Shown here one piece after another: positions 16,415-25,468 of a stretch of 64,000 nt of DNA (positions are counted from its first letter, which is position 1; every line of letters begins with the position of its first letter). A program made the position numbers and the translations under genes. Source of the stretch: a virus (taxonomy: Duplodnaviria; Heunggongvirae; Uroviricota; Caudoviricetes); the IMG/VR virus record IMGVR_UViG_3300049044_000033, positions 222,796-286,795 of that record; one strand, 5' to 3'. Under the pieces are notes generated by a model. That model was not told the DNA's origin and searched no databases. It saw nothing but the letters and a program-made list of their open reading frames with translations.

Positions 16415-17709
16415 TAGGTAAACTCCAAACCGCTCGCAGTCTTAATCGTCCGCTTGAATCGGTGCATGTCGTTGGGCAGATCCTCAACTGAGGTATCAAT
16501 ATCCGTGCCTACTGTCTCGGTATAGTTCTGAGCGTAGTAGCCGCTACCACGAGAAGCACTTCTAGTTTCAGCTAGGATGTCACCGGTGTCTTTGAATACA
16601 TCTTCCAGGATATGAGTGTATCGTGTGGTCCAGTTGCCCTTGAGATAGTGGGGATGGTGATTCGAACCACCTGGCGCATATTGCTTCTTATACATGTAGT
16701 CGCCTACATCAACAAGAACCATCTGGCCATTGTAGTTCGAGAAGAAAGAACCTTGAACTAGATAGCGCCAGAAATACGTAGGGTTGGTCTTCAAATATAC
16801 TTCATTCTCTTTGCTGAGATTTGAGGTAATATCATCCAAGGTTGTGAGCTCAACTTCTTCCTCGAAGTTGTTCATATCCAGCAGTTCGATGGAGACCCCG
16901 ATAACACCAGCATAATGCTGCCCGGCTTCGTCAAAGCTAACGCCTTCCTTGATCTGGCGGTTAACTTCAGCTTCGGCTTCCTCATGGGTGAGTTCCTTCT
17001 CACCGGAGAATAGTTCAGAAAGCTTTGCCGAACTAGTGGCTTTGAAGAACTTATGAGACGAAATCCCATCTCTACCGGGAGTCTGCATCAAGAATACATG
17101 ACGCTTCTTACCAGTCGTAGAAGCCTGTTTCGTTAGACCGTTGCCATACTTCTCATAAGAAGTAACATAGAACGCACCATAGTAGATGCCTTCGTCGCCG
17201 TTCTGAAGAATCGCAGTATCACCCCGCTTGATATCCTTCATGCTAGCAGACTTGCTAATCCGTTCGGTATTTCGAGCAGCATTGCGATAAACGTCACTGT
17301 CTACGGGAACGAGAATGTTTTCATTGCCCAAACGAGCCCAAATACATTCTTCGAGAATCTCGCCCTTTTCGAGGGTGCAGAAGCTAATGATCTGCGCAAA
17401 ATTGGGAGAGGAAATCTCCAGCTCAAACCCACGAGGGTCTTCAATGCGCCACTTCACATTGCCCTGTCCCCAGCCGTAACCGTGACGAACGCTGCGACCC
17501 ATCTTAAAGCCGATCATAGGCGTGTTGTCATAGGTCTGCGCTTCTTTGGTCTTTGAAGCCCAACCATCTACAGTAGACTTGCGCTTCTCGAAAGCTTTGT
17601 CTGTACCATGTGGTGTCATAAAGCCAAGTGGAACCGAATCCTGGCCCTCTCGACTCTGGAACCCAACATAATGCTTTGCGGGAAACTTGATACTCTTGTT
17701 GTCAGACAA
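16405..17709 (-). CDS. hypothetical protein (434 aa)
   Basis: Long ORF, no motif recognised. Confidence 0.5.
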   Translation of the reverse strand: MSDNKSIKFPAKHYVGFQSREGQDSVPLGFMTPHGTDKAFEKRKSTVDGWASKTKEAQTYDNTPMIGFKMGRSVRHGYGWGQGNVKWRIEDPRGFELEISSPNFAQIISFCTLEKGEILEECIWARLGNENILVPVDSDVYRNAARNTERISKSASMKDIKRGDTAILQNGDEGIYYGAFYVTSYEKYGNGLTKQASTTGKKRHVFLMQTPGRDGISSHKFFKATSSAKLSELFSGEKELTHEEAEAEVNRQIKEGVSFDEAGQHYAGVIGVSIELLDMNNFEEEVELTTLDDITSNLSKENEVYLKTNPTYFWRYLVQGSFFSNYNGQMVLVDVGDYMYKKQYAPGGSNHHPHYLKGNWTTRYTHILEDVFKDTGDILAETRSASRGSGYYAQNYTETVGTDIDTSVEDLPNDMHRFKRTIKTASGLEFTYYR

Positions 17710-17835
17710 ATCTTTTCTCCGGATAACTTCAAGTTCAGTAGCGACGAATTGATAACATTGCTGTTACCTTGCTGGCGCCGCGTTTCCAGCCGATCTAATC
17801 TGAACCTTTAGTCACTCCGGTACTGGTAATCCTTT

Positions 17836-18075
17836 CTAACTTGTCAACTTGATGACTATCGCATAGCGACGTTCAATCTTCTCGATTGCTTCCAAGTAAG
17901 GCTTAGCTGCCTCGTCTGCGGCTTCCTTTTTGGCTTGATTCATCTCGCGCTTGAGATCCTGAATCTGACTCCAAAGAAGACGAGCCGCCCCTTCTTCCGC
18001 TAACGCACCTGCTTCGCCCGTAGAAGACGACATCAATTCCTTACGGACCTTTTCTAGAACCGAACCTGTCTTCAT
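17836..18075 (-). CDS. hypothetical small protein
   Basis: 79 aa, coiled-coil-like. Start overlaps the upstream stop. Confidence 0.4.
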   Translation of the reverse strand: MKTGSVLEKVRKELMSSSTGEAGALAEEGAARLLWSQIQDLKREMNQAKKEAADEAAKPYLEAIEKIERRYAIVIKLTS

Positions 18076-18650
18076 ACAAACTCTGCGTTAACTCCGCATT
18101 GACGGAGGTAGTTGACGCTTGACATGATCTTAGTCTGCCAAGACGATTGCTCAGTGCCTTCTGGCTTCACGGGTAGCGTGATATCTACCCAGTTACCTAC
18201 TGCGCTCTCAACCGCGTGTTTGGCATCAACCAATCCCATACCAGTCACAGCGCGAAGTTCCTTGATCGCATTAATCTTCTGGTACGAGTTATTGTGTGGA
18301 TCAATGCGGATCCGCAGATGACGAACGTTTGGGTATTTGTTGGACACAATGCCGAGAATCAAACGAGCCTTCCAGTCCTTACCCAAGACAGGAACCAGTG
18401 CCTCCATAGCATCAACCGCAGTATCGCGAGTGTAATGCTGCTTGATAGCCCGTAAGAACGCCGCAGAAGCCTCATCGAGGAATGCGAAACCGTCATCGGG
18501 TGTATCTGGATCAATCAGTGGCACAAAAACTCCTTTACCTGCACTCTCATTAGCACCTAGACTACCTGTGTCAACCCTTTCATATAAGTATTGTGCTGGA
18601 AAGAATAGCTTGTTAATATGAAGTATGGTTTGGACGTTTAAACAACGCAT
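18072..18650 (-). CDS. protein with ribosomal bL12 (L7/L12) C-terminal domain
   Basis: C-terminal about 70 aa, KINAIKELRAVTGMGLVDAKHAVESAVG...VKPEGTEQSS, matches the bL12 CTD signature ([25 protein letters not shown]). The N-terminal about 120 aa are unrelated. 5' end uncertain. Confidence 0.6.
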   Translation of the reverse strand: MRCLNVQTILHINKLFFPAQYLYERVDTGSLGANESAGKGVFVPLIDPDTPDDGFAFLDEASAAFLRAIKQHYTRDTAVDAMEALVPVLGKDWKARLILGIVSNKYPNVRHLRIRIDPHNNSYQKINAIKELRAVTGMGLVDAKHAVESAVGNWVDITLPVKPEGTEQSSWQTKIMSSVNYLRQCGVNAEFV

Positions 18651-19218
18651 CCATAGGGCATGCCAAGCCCTAATAGATCGGAGTGCTATTGAGGAGTCTC
18701 AAGTCGAGACACTCAAGCGACCGCTCTACTTTGGCAGATATGCCTATGGCGTAGGGCTTTCTCTCGATCTTAAGAAATGGGGAGATTGGTTCGAAGTCAA
18801 GGATCAAGTTCACGCTTTACTGTCTGATCTTGATTGTGCGATACAGAGCAACCGAAAAACCTACCAATTCAATGTATTCTCCAGCGATCCAAAGGTGCTG
18901 CGTTGTTTGATGAAGTCTAAGGATTTCACAATCAACCACGTTCGCATTGTGGATCAAACTTGTTGGCATCTCAAACTCCCGAAGCCAAAGCCCAAGGGCA
19001 AATTCTACGGAGAGTTCGGATGGCGGTTCGCTTTCAAGGACCGCCATTGGGGAGATAAGCCTGAAAATTTAGAAGTGCTGGAGACACTCTCGGGAAGCTA
19101 TAAACTCGTAGTTCAACCACGATCGTTTCTCTATCTTTCTAATATCTCAGACGTCCTGCTTTTCAAACTCGTCGCGAGCGAGCAACTGTTGAGCTTGGAT
19201 GATAGGCACACCTTGTAG
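18625..19218 (+). CDS. hypothetical protein, distant FKL-motif relative
   Basis: 197 aa. SDVLLFKLVASEQ near the C-terminus. Confidence 0.4.
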   Translation: MVWTFKQRIHRACQALIDRSAIEESQVETLKRPLYFGRYAYGVGLSLDLKKWGDWFEVKDQVHALLSDLDCAIQSNRKTYQFNVFSSDPKVLRCLMKSKDFTINHVRIVDQTCWHLKLPKPKPKGKFYGEFGWRFAFKDRHWGDKPENLEVLETLSGSYKLVVQPRSFLYLSNISDVLLFKLVASEQLLSLDDRHTL

Positions 19219-19286
19219 CCTAGGTTGACAACCTAATGTCCACCAAGTATAAAGAAAGATAGTATCAACAATTCATGAGGTGATGG

Positions 19287-19832
19287 TTGAAATTTTTAGG
19301 AGTGATAGTGCTCCTCTTGTTCTGTATGCTGACGCCAAAACCAGCCGAAGCCGGAACACTATATAGGTACCAAAATCTGCATACTGCGGTTCGTTCGATG
19401 GACACACTCATCCCAGAGGTCCGTCAAGCCAATCGAACCGATCAAGACCAAATGTTGTGCCTTGCGCTCAACATATATCATGAGATTCGTGGGGGGACAC
19501 CGCGTGATCAGTGGGCAGTTGCTTTCGTTACAGTAAATCGCACCAAGCGTAGCGCCTTCAATGCGCGCAATGTTTGTGATGTAGTTTGGGCACGAGGGCA
19601 ATTTAGTTGGACTGTATGGGCAATGAGAGCACAGTTGCCACGCGAGAAGGGTTCATGGATGGAAAGTCAAAGAAAAGCTGTCCTCGTTCTCGCTGGTGAG
19701 AAGATGAATGACCCTACGAACGGCTCAACGCATTTCTACCAGGCAAAGTTGAATCCTGGTTGGGCCCGGCGCTTAGTAGATAAGGTTCGTATCGGAGCAC
19801 ATATGTTTGCGAGACTTCCTGGCAGAAGTTAG
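19287..19832 (+). CDS. secreted SleB-like cell-wall hydrolase (lysis enzyme candidate)
   Basis: Signal peptide MKFLGVIVLLLFCMLTPKPAEA. LCLALNIYHEIRGG...AVAFVTVNR...QFSW...THFY pattern of the Hydrolase_2/SleB domain. Confidence 0.6.
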   Translation: MKFLGVIVLLLFCMLTPKPAEAGTLYRYQNLHTAVRSMDTLIPEVRQANRTDQDQMLCLALNIYHEIRGGTPRDQWAVAFVTVNRTKRSAFNARNVCDVVWARGQFSWTVWAMRAQLPREKGSWMESQRKAVLVLAGEKMNDPTNGSTHFYQAKLNPGWARRLVDKVRIGAHMFARLPGRS

Positions 19833-19862
19833 GGTATGCCCATTAACTCAAAAGAGAAAGGT

Positions 19863-19895
19863 AGAGCCCGCCGTTTCCGGCGGGCTCTTTGTTTC
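19863..19895. terminator. bidirectional rho-independent terminator
   Basis: 10 bp GC stem GAGCCCGCCG/CGGCGGGCTC with loop TTTC, followed by TTTGTTTCT. Separates convergent genes. Confidence 0.6.
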
Positions 19896-19912
19896 TGCAA
19901 AGCTGAGAAAGC

Positions 19913-20632
19913 TTACTTCTTAAAGTTCTCAATACAAGCTTTAATCTTGTCTATTGACAAGTTTCCAACATCAACGCTGAATACCTTACGGATACTATCA
20001 GCTGCTTGGGCAAAGAAGAGATCTTCCGTCATCGTCATTGGGTTAGTTTCTACTGGATCAACATCGCCGTAGTAGACGGCAGAATTAGCGCCATGTTCGA
20101 AGCATTCAACGCTCACTAGACGAACGTCAGGATTGACCGCATAACGACCGAGCTCGCCACTCTTCATCTTCTCAAGAAGCTCAACCGACTTCTCGTAAAC
20201 CAGCTTGGCGGTCAATTCACAGCCAACACCAGGAACAATTCGGAGAGCACAGAGACGACCGCGTTCGTAGGGCTTGGCAATCGTGCTATTGCCAACCTGG
20301 TCAGTTTCAACGCTAGACGGCTTCACACCATCATAGTCATCAATCGTAGATGCACGAGCAAGGGTCTTAAAGGTATCAAGAGCCGGATCATCCTCAGCAA
20401 CCAAGATCGTATGATCGAACATATAGTCCAGGTATTCCTTAATAGGCTTCATTCCGCCGAAATCAAAACACCAGTTCTTTTCATCAAGCGTCTCAGATTC
20501 CCAGACGAACTTGAAGCCTAGGCTGTAGCCGTGAAGGGTAGAGCAGTGTGAGTGATTAGCTTTCCATTGACGGAAGCAGCAAGATAGTCCACGGTCGTTG
20601 CCGTAGGTTTTAGTAGATTGAAACTTTGCCAT
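19913..20632 (-). CDS. T-fold protein, QueD/6-pyruvoyl-tetrahydropterin-synthase-like
   Basis: 239 aa. HSHCSTLHGYS resembles the CxxxHGH zinc motif of PTPS/QueD. Confidence 0.45.
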   Translation of the reverse strand: MAKFQSTKTYGNDRGLSCCFRQWKANHSHCSTLHGYSLGFKFVWESETLDEKNWCFDFGGMKPIKEYLDYMFDHTILVAEDDPALDTFKTLARASTIDDYDGVKPSSVETDQVGNSTIAKPYERGRLCALRIVPGVGCELTAKLVYEKSVELLEKMKSGELGRYAVNPDVRLVSVECFEHGANSAVYYGDVDPVETNPMTMTEDLFFAQAADSIRKVFSVDVGNLSIDKIKACIENFKK

Positions 20633-20764
20633 TTTTGTTCTCTTTATCTGGCAACCAGAATCTTTAGAGAGGGTTGAGTAAATGTCCTCTATACCTCTTT
20701 ATAACAAAACAGGTGATTAAGGTCAAATATTGAACTCCAGAGTAGACGGCGTTATAGAAGTCTT

Positions 20765-21142
20765 ATGAGCAAGGGTTTGTCAAAGGATGATCTAGAGGCT
20801 TGGAAGCAGGTGACCAAGGATGTGACACCCCTTGGTAGTGCCCCTGTGAGCCCCGTAGAAGGCCTGCCCTGTGTTAGGGTGTCAGCGCCTCGCTCAGTAG
20901 AGTATCACCCCCGTATGGACTTACACGGGGCAACAATCCATAATGCTTACGCGATGGTACAAGAGCATGTGCTTAAAGGTGCTATGCTGGGTTATAGAAC
21001 TCTGACCGTTATCAGTGGGAGGTCTGGTCAGATCAACATTGAGATGCCCCGGTGGCTTGAAAGAAATCCGCACGTTAGATCGGTCAACCCTAAAAACGGC
21101 GGCGGAGCCTGGGAAATATGTCTCAAGAGAAAAGATACGTAG
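20765..21142 (+). CDS. Smr (small MutS-related) domain protein
   Basis: MDLHGATIHNAYAMV...LTVISGRSG fits the Smr LDLHG...HGKG core. Confidence 0.6.
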   Translation: MSKGLSKDDLEAWKQVTKDVTPLGSAPVSPVEGLPCVRVSAPRSVEYHPRMDLHGATIHNAYAMVQEHVLKGAMLGYRTLTVISGRSGQINIEMPRWLERNPHVRSVNPKNGGGAWEICLKRKDT

Positions 21143-21393
21143 ACGTCAATAAGCTGAAGAATGCCCTATTGGGTATGTATCCTGCGGTTAGTTCAGGTTC
21201 ATATTCTAGTGGCCAGTTGGATCAACAGGTCCAGCAACTTATTTCGTCGGCCCTGATATCAACCCTTAACGATTTCAAGATGCAGCTCGCCAGGGCTATT
21301 GAAGAGGCTGCAGAGCCCTATAGTCAATGTATGCTTTGCACCCGCAAGTCACATGACTTTGTTCCCGAGCACCCTTTGGGCGAAAATCGCTAA
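21118..21393 (+). CDS. hypothetical protein
   Basis: 91 aa ORF overlapping the upstream stop. Confidence 0.35.
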   Translation: MSQEKRYVDVNKLKNALLGMYPAVSSGSYSSGQLDQQVQQLISSALISTLNDFKMQLARAIEEAAEPYSQCMLCTRKSHDFVPEHPLGENR

Positions 21394-21749
21394 CTGATTA
21401 AGATCTCAATATCACCGCCGACTTCCTTAAGGTCTTTCATAATTTCAAGACCGAAGTCGGTGAAGTGATAGGTACTCTTATAGAAACTATCATTGACAGG
21501 TCGCTTGTCTTGCCAAAAGTGCCGGTACTCGATAAGGCCAATGCTTATCAAACGGTTCAAACTCTCGATCTTAAAACCCTTACAAAGAGGGGCTACTTCC
21601 TGGACGGTGAGGAAAATCTCCTCACCTGGCTCGCTAGAAAGCTTCTTCATTAGAAGCTTTGAGTTCATGGCCTTTAGGAAGCGATGGGCAGATGAGTCTT
21701 CACAGATGATTGCGTAATTGCGACCGTCAATTACTTCAATGTCGTACAT
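21390..21749 (-). CDS. hypothetical protein
   Basis: 119 aa ORF. Confidence 0.4.
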   Translation of the reverse strand: MYDIEVIDGRNYAIICEDSSAHRFLKAMNSKLLMKKLSSEPGEEIFLTVQEVAPLCKGFKIESLNRLISIGLIEYRHFWQDKRPVNDSFYKSTYHFTDFGLEIMKDLKEVGGDIEILIS

Positions 21750-21752
21750 TAC

Positions 21753-22061
21753 TCAACCTTCAAAAGGCGGGCATGTTAAATCGCCGCTATGAGTGAGCTT
21801 AAACAGCACAGCATCGTTGGCTACCTCGAAGCTCACATTGCGTTGAGTCAAGCTGATCTTATCAACTGAATACTTTCCAGTCGTGTTGTCATTGAGCCAT
21901 ACTATATCAACAAAGCTGAGGTTTCGCTTAATCCCTACTCGATATGTGAACTTAGCGTTGATTCTGCGATGAGGATGACGAAAGGTATTGATCTTCTTTT
22001 GATCAGCCTTTGTCATCTTCTTAAGGATAGATGTGATCGATCCCTTCACTTGCCACCCCAT
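21753..22061 (-). CDS. FKLxWGG-family small protein (second cluster)
   Basis: C-terminal region DAVLFKLTHSGD. Confidence 0.5.
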   Translation of the reverse strand: MGWQVKGSITSILKKMTKADQKKINTFRHPHRRINAKFTYRVGIKRNLSFVDIVWLNDNTTGKYSVDKISLTQRNVSFEVANDAVLFKLTHSGDLTCPPFEG

Positions 22062-22411
22062 GCTAATTTGAATAACAGGGCATCACTAGCAGATTCAAAC
22101 TGGATGTAAAGCTCAAAGTGGGAGACAACTGGGAAATTAAAGATCGAATCCTTTGCTTCTGCCTTAGCAGGTTCAAAGATAGCAATCCAGGTTGACAAAT
22201 AGGCCATTTTAGTCTGGTTGCTAGCTAACCAATCAATCAAGAGTTGAGTTGGGCAGACTTGCTTCTCAACTTCATCCCAGAAGGTAAGAGGACCGAAGTT
22301 GTCAAGCATGACCTTATGGAGAGTTTTATCCTTAAACTCATCAGTCTTAAAGTCGCCATCCAGGCAGCCAACCCGCAAGCGGGGCAAGTTGTCTATTTTT
22401 CTCACTAGCAA
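22046..22411 (-). CDS. FKLxWGG-family small protein (second cluster)
   Basis: C-terminus DALLFKLAWGGK. Confidence 0.5.
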   Translation of the reverse strand: MLVRKIDNLPRLRVGCLDGDFKTDEFKDKTLHKVMLDNFGPLTFWDEVEKQVCPTQLLIDWLASNQTKMAYLSTWIAIFEPAKAEAKDSIFNFPVVSHFELYIQFESASDALLFKLAWGGK

Positions 22412-22755
22412 TACCTAAGCTTAAACAACATCGCATCCCGCTTCCTCACAAACGCAAACCGAAGGTGGCTCGCGATGTAGGGGAGAATGAAGATCTTATT
22501 ATCAAAGAGATTGATCTGAAGATATGCCCAACGAGCATATCTATAATCCGTGTGACCATTCCAGGCCTTCTGACCTGTCATAGTCTCACAGAACGAGGCC
22601 AACTCTGGATTAATCAAGTCAATGTTTTCTTCATGATCATCTGCGATATATCGGGTAATAATCTCAGGACCAATAGGAACGTCAAAGAAAAACCGATACC
22701 TCTTTGAATCGAAGATCTGTGAGTTCGGCGTTGAAGCCGGAAGCATTGAGCTCAT
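22405..22755 (-). CDS. FKLxWGG-family small protein (second cluster)
   Basis: C-terminus DAMLFKLRYC. Confidence 0.5.
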   Translation of the reverse strand: MSSMLPASTPNSQIFDSKRYRFFFDVPIGPEIITRYIADDHEENIDLINPELASFCETMTGQKAWNGHTDYRYARWAYLQINLFDNKIFILPYIASHLRFAFVRKRDAMLFKLRYC

Positions 22756-23087
22756 TTGCCACCGAACGTGAGCTTAAACATCGCTGCGATATCCCCTTTA
22801 GACTTGGGAAAAAGGAAGAAGGTGAAATCCCGATAAGAGCTATCAAGCATCATGAGAACTGGCAGATTATGCTGTTCATAAAACTCAGTAGCCTCTGGTC
22901 CACAAATCCTATCGGCCGTATCCGGATAGTCCGTTCTCGGTCGAAGGACAGTGAGTTCGTATCCCTTAATTGGAACGACATGGAATTGTTGCTCCATAGT
23001 GGATACGAACTCAGTATAATCGCAATGGTCAGTCATTCGACCTCCAACAGTTCTTCCTTCGACTTGGACCAGCGCGAGAAGGTCCAA
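22752..23087 (-). CDS. FKLxWGG-family small protein (second cluster)
   Basis: C-terminus AAMFKLTFGGK. Confidence 0.5.
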   Translation of the reverse strand: MDLLALVQVEGRTVGGRMTDHCDYTEFVSTMEQQFHVVPIKGYELTVLRPRTDYPDTADRICGPEATEFYEQHNLPVLMMLDSSYRDFTFFLFPKSKGDIAAMFKLTFGGK

Positions 23088-24187
23088 GCCTGCTTCATGC
23101 GATTCAGCCTCTGACCCATTGCCGGACCAGGCTTCATACCAGTTTCCAGCAGGTCCTTGCCCGAAACCGGGAAGGTCGGGATCACGAAGTTCCTCGCATA
23201 GTCGGCCAGGATAGTTTCACCCTGAACTTCAGCAAAGCTTACAACATGATCCCGAGGAAATTCGTCCCGAGTCAGCAGCACTTCAATCTTCTGCTCATCC
23301 AGGAAGACACCCCGATTGCGGATCATATTCCGAACCTTGGCTTCCTCGTGCGAGCTCATCTTCCAGAACTTGAAGAACTTCTCTTCGTCAGAGCTGGCAA
23401 CCAGTGTCGACAGAGCAGCCAGGGCATCATCGGCGCGAGACAGTTCAGCAGGATTGAAGCGGAACAGACCCAGTGCCCGATTAACCCGAGTCTTGAAGAT
23501 TGCATCAACAATGCGAGTCCGACCCGGCATCTTGGGATCCAGCAGCTTCTGCATTTCCAGCCAGAACCGCTCGACACTAACGACGTTCAGCTTATCCAGC
23601 ACCTCACCCTCGGCGAAGATATCCAGCGTCTCCTGATCCATCTTAGCATCGAAACGGGCTGCGAACCGGAAGAAGCGCAGAATACGCAGGTAGTCCTCTT
23701 CGACCCGCTTGCGCGCATCGCCTACGAATCGAACCACACGATTCTTCAGATCTTCCTGGCCCTTGAAGTAGTCGAATACGTTACCTTCAAAGTCCATCGA
23801 CATTGCGTTGAAGGTCAGGTCACGTCGCTCTGCATCCTCTTCAAACGACCTCGTGAATTCAACCTCAGCATGACGACCGTCAGTCTCGACGTCGATCCGC
23901 AGCGTCGTAACTTCGAAGGGTTCTTTGTCCACAACCAGCGTAGCCGTGCCGTGCTGGATACCAGTGGGAATAAAGCCGAACTTGTTGGTATCGGCGATCA
24001 CCTTCATCTCATCCGGCGTTGCGTCGGTGCAGAAGTCCACATCCTTAGCTTCGACGCCCAGCATGGCATCGCGGACACAACCGCCCACAAAACGAATCTG
24101 GAAGCCTGCTGCTTCAAAAGCAGCACCCAGCTTGTTCGTTTCCGGGGTCATCAGTTTGTCCAGCACGTCGATCTCCTTGTTGTTCAT
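23033..24187 (-). CDS. tRNA nucleotidyltransferase (CCA-adding enzyme) / poly(A) polymerase family
   Basis: 384 aa. GGCVRDAMLG...DVDF head-domain motif of class II nucleotidyltransferases. The plus-strand 322 aa ORF opposite is a shadow. Confidence 0.8.
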   Translation of the reverse strand: MNNKEIDVLDKLMTPETNKLGAAFEAAGFQIRFVGGCVRDAMLGVEAKDVDFCTDATPDEMKVIADTNKFGFIPTGIQHGTATLVVDKEPFEVTTLRIDVETDGRHAEVEFTRSFEEDAERRDLTFNAMSMDFEGNVFDYFKGQEDLKNRVVRFVGDARKRVEEDYLRILRFFRFAARFDAKMDQETLDIFAEGEVLDKLNVVSVERFWLEMQKLLDPKMPGRTRIVDAIFKTRVNRALGLFRFNPAELSRADDALAALSTLVASSDEEKFFKFWKMSSHEEAKVRNMIRNRGVFLDEQKIEVLLTRDEFPRDHVVSFAEVQGETILADYARNFVIPTFPVSGKDLLETGMKPGPAMGQRLNRMKQAWTFSRWSKSKEELLEVE

Positions 24188-24210
24188 GCTTTGCTTCTAG
24201 CACAAACAGG

Positions 24211-24465
24211 TTAGGAGTCAACCGCTTTGTGGCACCAAGTATCCCAAGAGAGTCTAGCCAACATAGCGGCTTTTGGATCTAAGAAGAGATGCCAAGACAT
24301 TATGCCATCCTCCTCTGCCATTGATTTATACCACCTCAGGTTCACATCACGCTTGCCACTATAATGGAAGTCCCACGTAGGGTCGTTAGCTTCAAGCCAG
24401 TCGCAGAATGAATCAAATTCGTCCGAGGGGACGTTGACTGTGATGTGAACCTTGTTAGCTGACAT
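24211..24465 (-). CDS. small protein, distant FKL-family relative
   Basis: Internal ATG (MSANK...) avoids overlap with the HNH gene. C-terminus AAMLARLSWDTW. Confidence 0.35.
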   Translation of the reverse strand: MSANKVHITVNVPSDEFDSFCDWLEANDPTWDFHYSGKRDVNLRWYKSMAEEDGIMSWHLFLDPKAAMLARLSWDTWCHKAVDS

Positions 24466-25219
24466 CGACGAGATCCACAGGACTATTGCGGACCTTCTTT
24501 TCCCAATTGTCTCGTCGAACTTGATCCCTACGGGCAATCTCAGCCAAGACTTCATCCACGGCAGACTTCCACTCGGGTTTCACGTAGAGCAAGACCGCAA
24601 TCTTCCACGTGAGGAGTTCCCTCTTCGTGACCTTCTTCTCGTCTGTCTTAACTTTGCGTTCCTTGAGCTTGGCAGCTTTCATCTTACAATAGATGCGCCA
24701 TGCCTCTGGATTCTGTCGTAGCTTGAGGAACTTATTGAATTTCATTTCGCCGCGCAGGTTATTACAACCCGAACAGGTCATAACCACATTGCTCATGTGG
24801 TCAGTGCCACCTCGACTCTGGCACACAATATGCTCAAGAGTAGCACGTCGATTATTCGAAAGAGGAGTTTGACCCGGAAGCCAAGTCTGCTGACCACAGA
24901 AGTAACAGAGCCCACTTTGCTTTTCGAAAAGCTTGCTGGTCTTGTTCCGCCGGGCAATGGTGAACTTAGCGTACCACCACTCCTTATCCTCAGGCGTATG
25001 CCACTTTCTGCGGACTGCTCTGCCTACGACTTTACCGTAACTCTGTCCATCAGGCCGTTTAGCAGGTGCGCTGTTTGAAACTCGAGCAAAGCTGAACGGG
25101 TAGCTTAATGAGGTCGACGAGACCGATAACGGTGTTGACGACAACGGAACCGATGACAGATCCGGCCACGATACCGAGGAAGAGGACGAGCCTTCCAAAA
25201 CCGATCCGCTTACGTCCAA
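24455..25219 (-). CDS. HNH endonuclease (homing-endonuclease-like)
   Basis: CYFCGQQ...ATLEHIVCQSRGGTDHMSNVVMTCSGCNNLRG is an HNH/zinc-finger core. The Ser-rich N-terminus suggests the true start is downstream of 25219. Confidence 0.65.
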   Translation of the reverse strand: MDVSGSVLEGSSSSSVSWPDLSSVPLSSTPLSVSSTSLSYPFSFARVSNSAPAKRPDGQSYGKVVGRAVRRKWHTPEDKEWWYAKFTIARRNKTSKLFEKQSGLCYFCGQQTWLPGQTPLSNNRRATLEHIVCQSRGGTDHMSNVVMTCSGCNNLRGEMKFNKFLKLRQNPEAWRIYCKMKAAKLKERKVKTDEKKVTKRELLTWKIAVLLYVKPEWKSAVDEVLAEIARRDQVRRDNWEKKVRNSPVDLVDVS

Positions 25220-25247
25220 GATTTTCTACTCCCATAAGTACCTCCAT
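25059..25247 (-). CDS. small hydrophobic protein (possible)
   Basis: 62 aa with one TM helix. Overlaps the annotated 5' end of the HNH ORF, so only one of the two is likely real there. Confidence 0.25.
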   Translation of the reverse strand: MEVLMGVENLGRKRIGFGRLVLFLGIVAGSVIGSVVVNTVIGLVDLIKLPVQLCSSFKQRTC

Positions 25248-25264
25248 TTCACCTACCCTTTAAG

Positions 25265-25468
25265 CTATTCTCCACCCCATGTCAACTTGAACATGAGTGC
25301 ATCCTCAGGTTTGGTAAAACTGAAGATTTCCTTATTATCCTTATGTCCTGCGTAGGTATAATCATCAGGTGACTTAAGGTTCTTCTCATTAAGCCAGATG
25401 ACAACTAGACCAATTCGGTGACTGTCTAGGATCTCAACCACATGCCCTGGAAGCCCTTTAATCAGCAT
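25265..25468 (-). CDS. FKLxWGG-family small protein
   Basis: 67 aa. C-terminus DALMFKLTWGGE. Confidence 0.5.
   Translation of the reverse strand: MLIKGLPGHVVEILDSHRIGLVVIWLNEKNLKSPDDYTYAGHKDNKEIFSFTKPEDALMFKLTWGGE

Noticed and set aside
23246-24214. 322 aa plus-strand ORF
   Set aside because: Completely antisense to the CCA-adding enzyme gene, which has clear catalytic motifs. Typical long shadow frame, no independent evidence.
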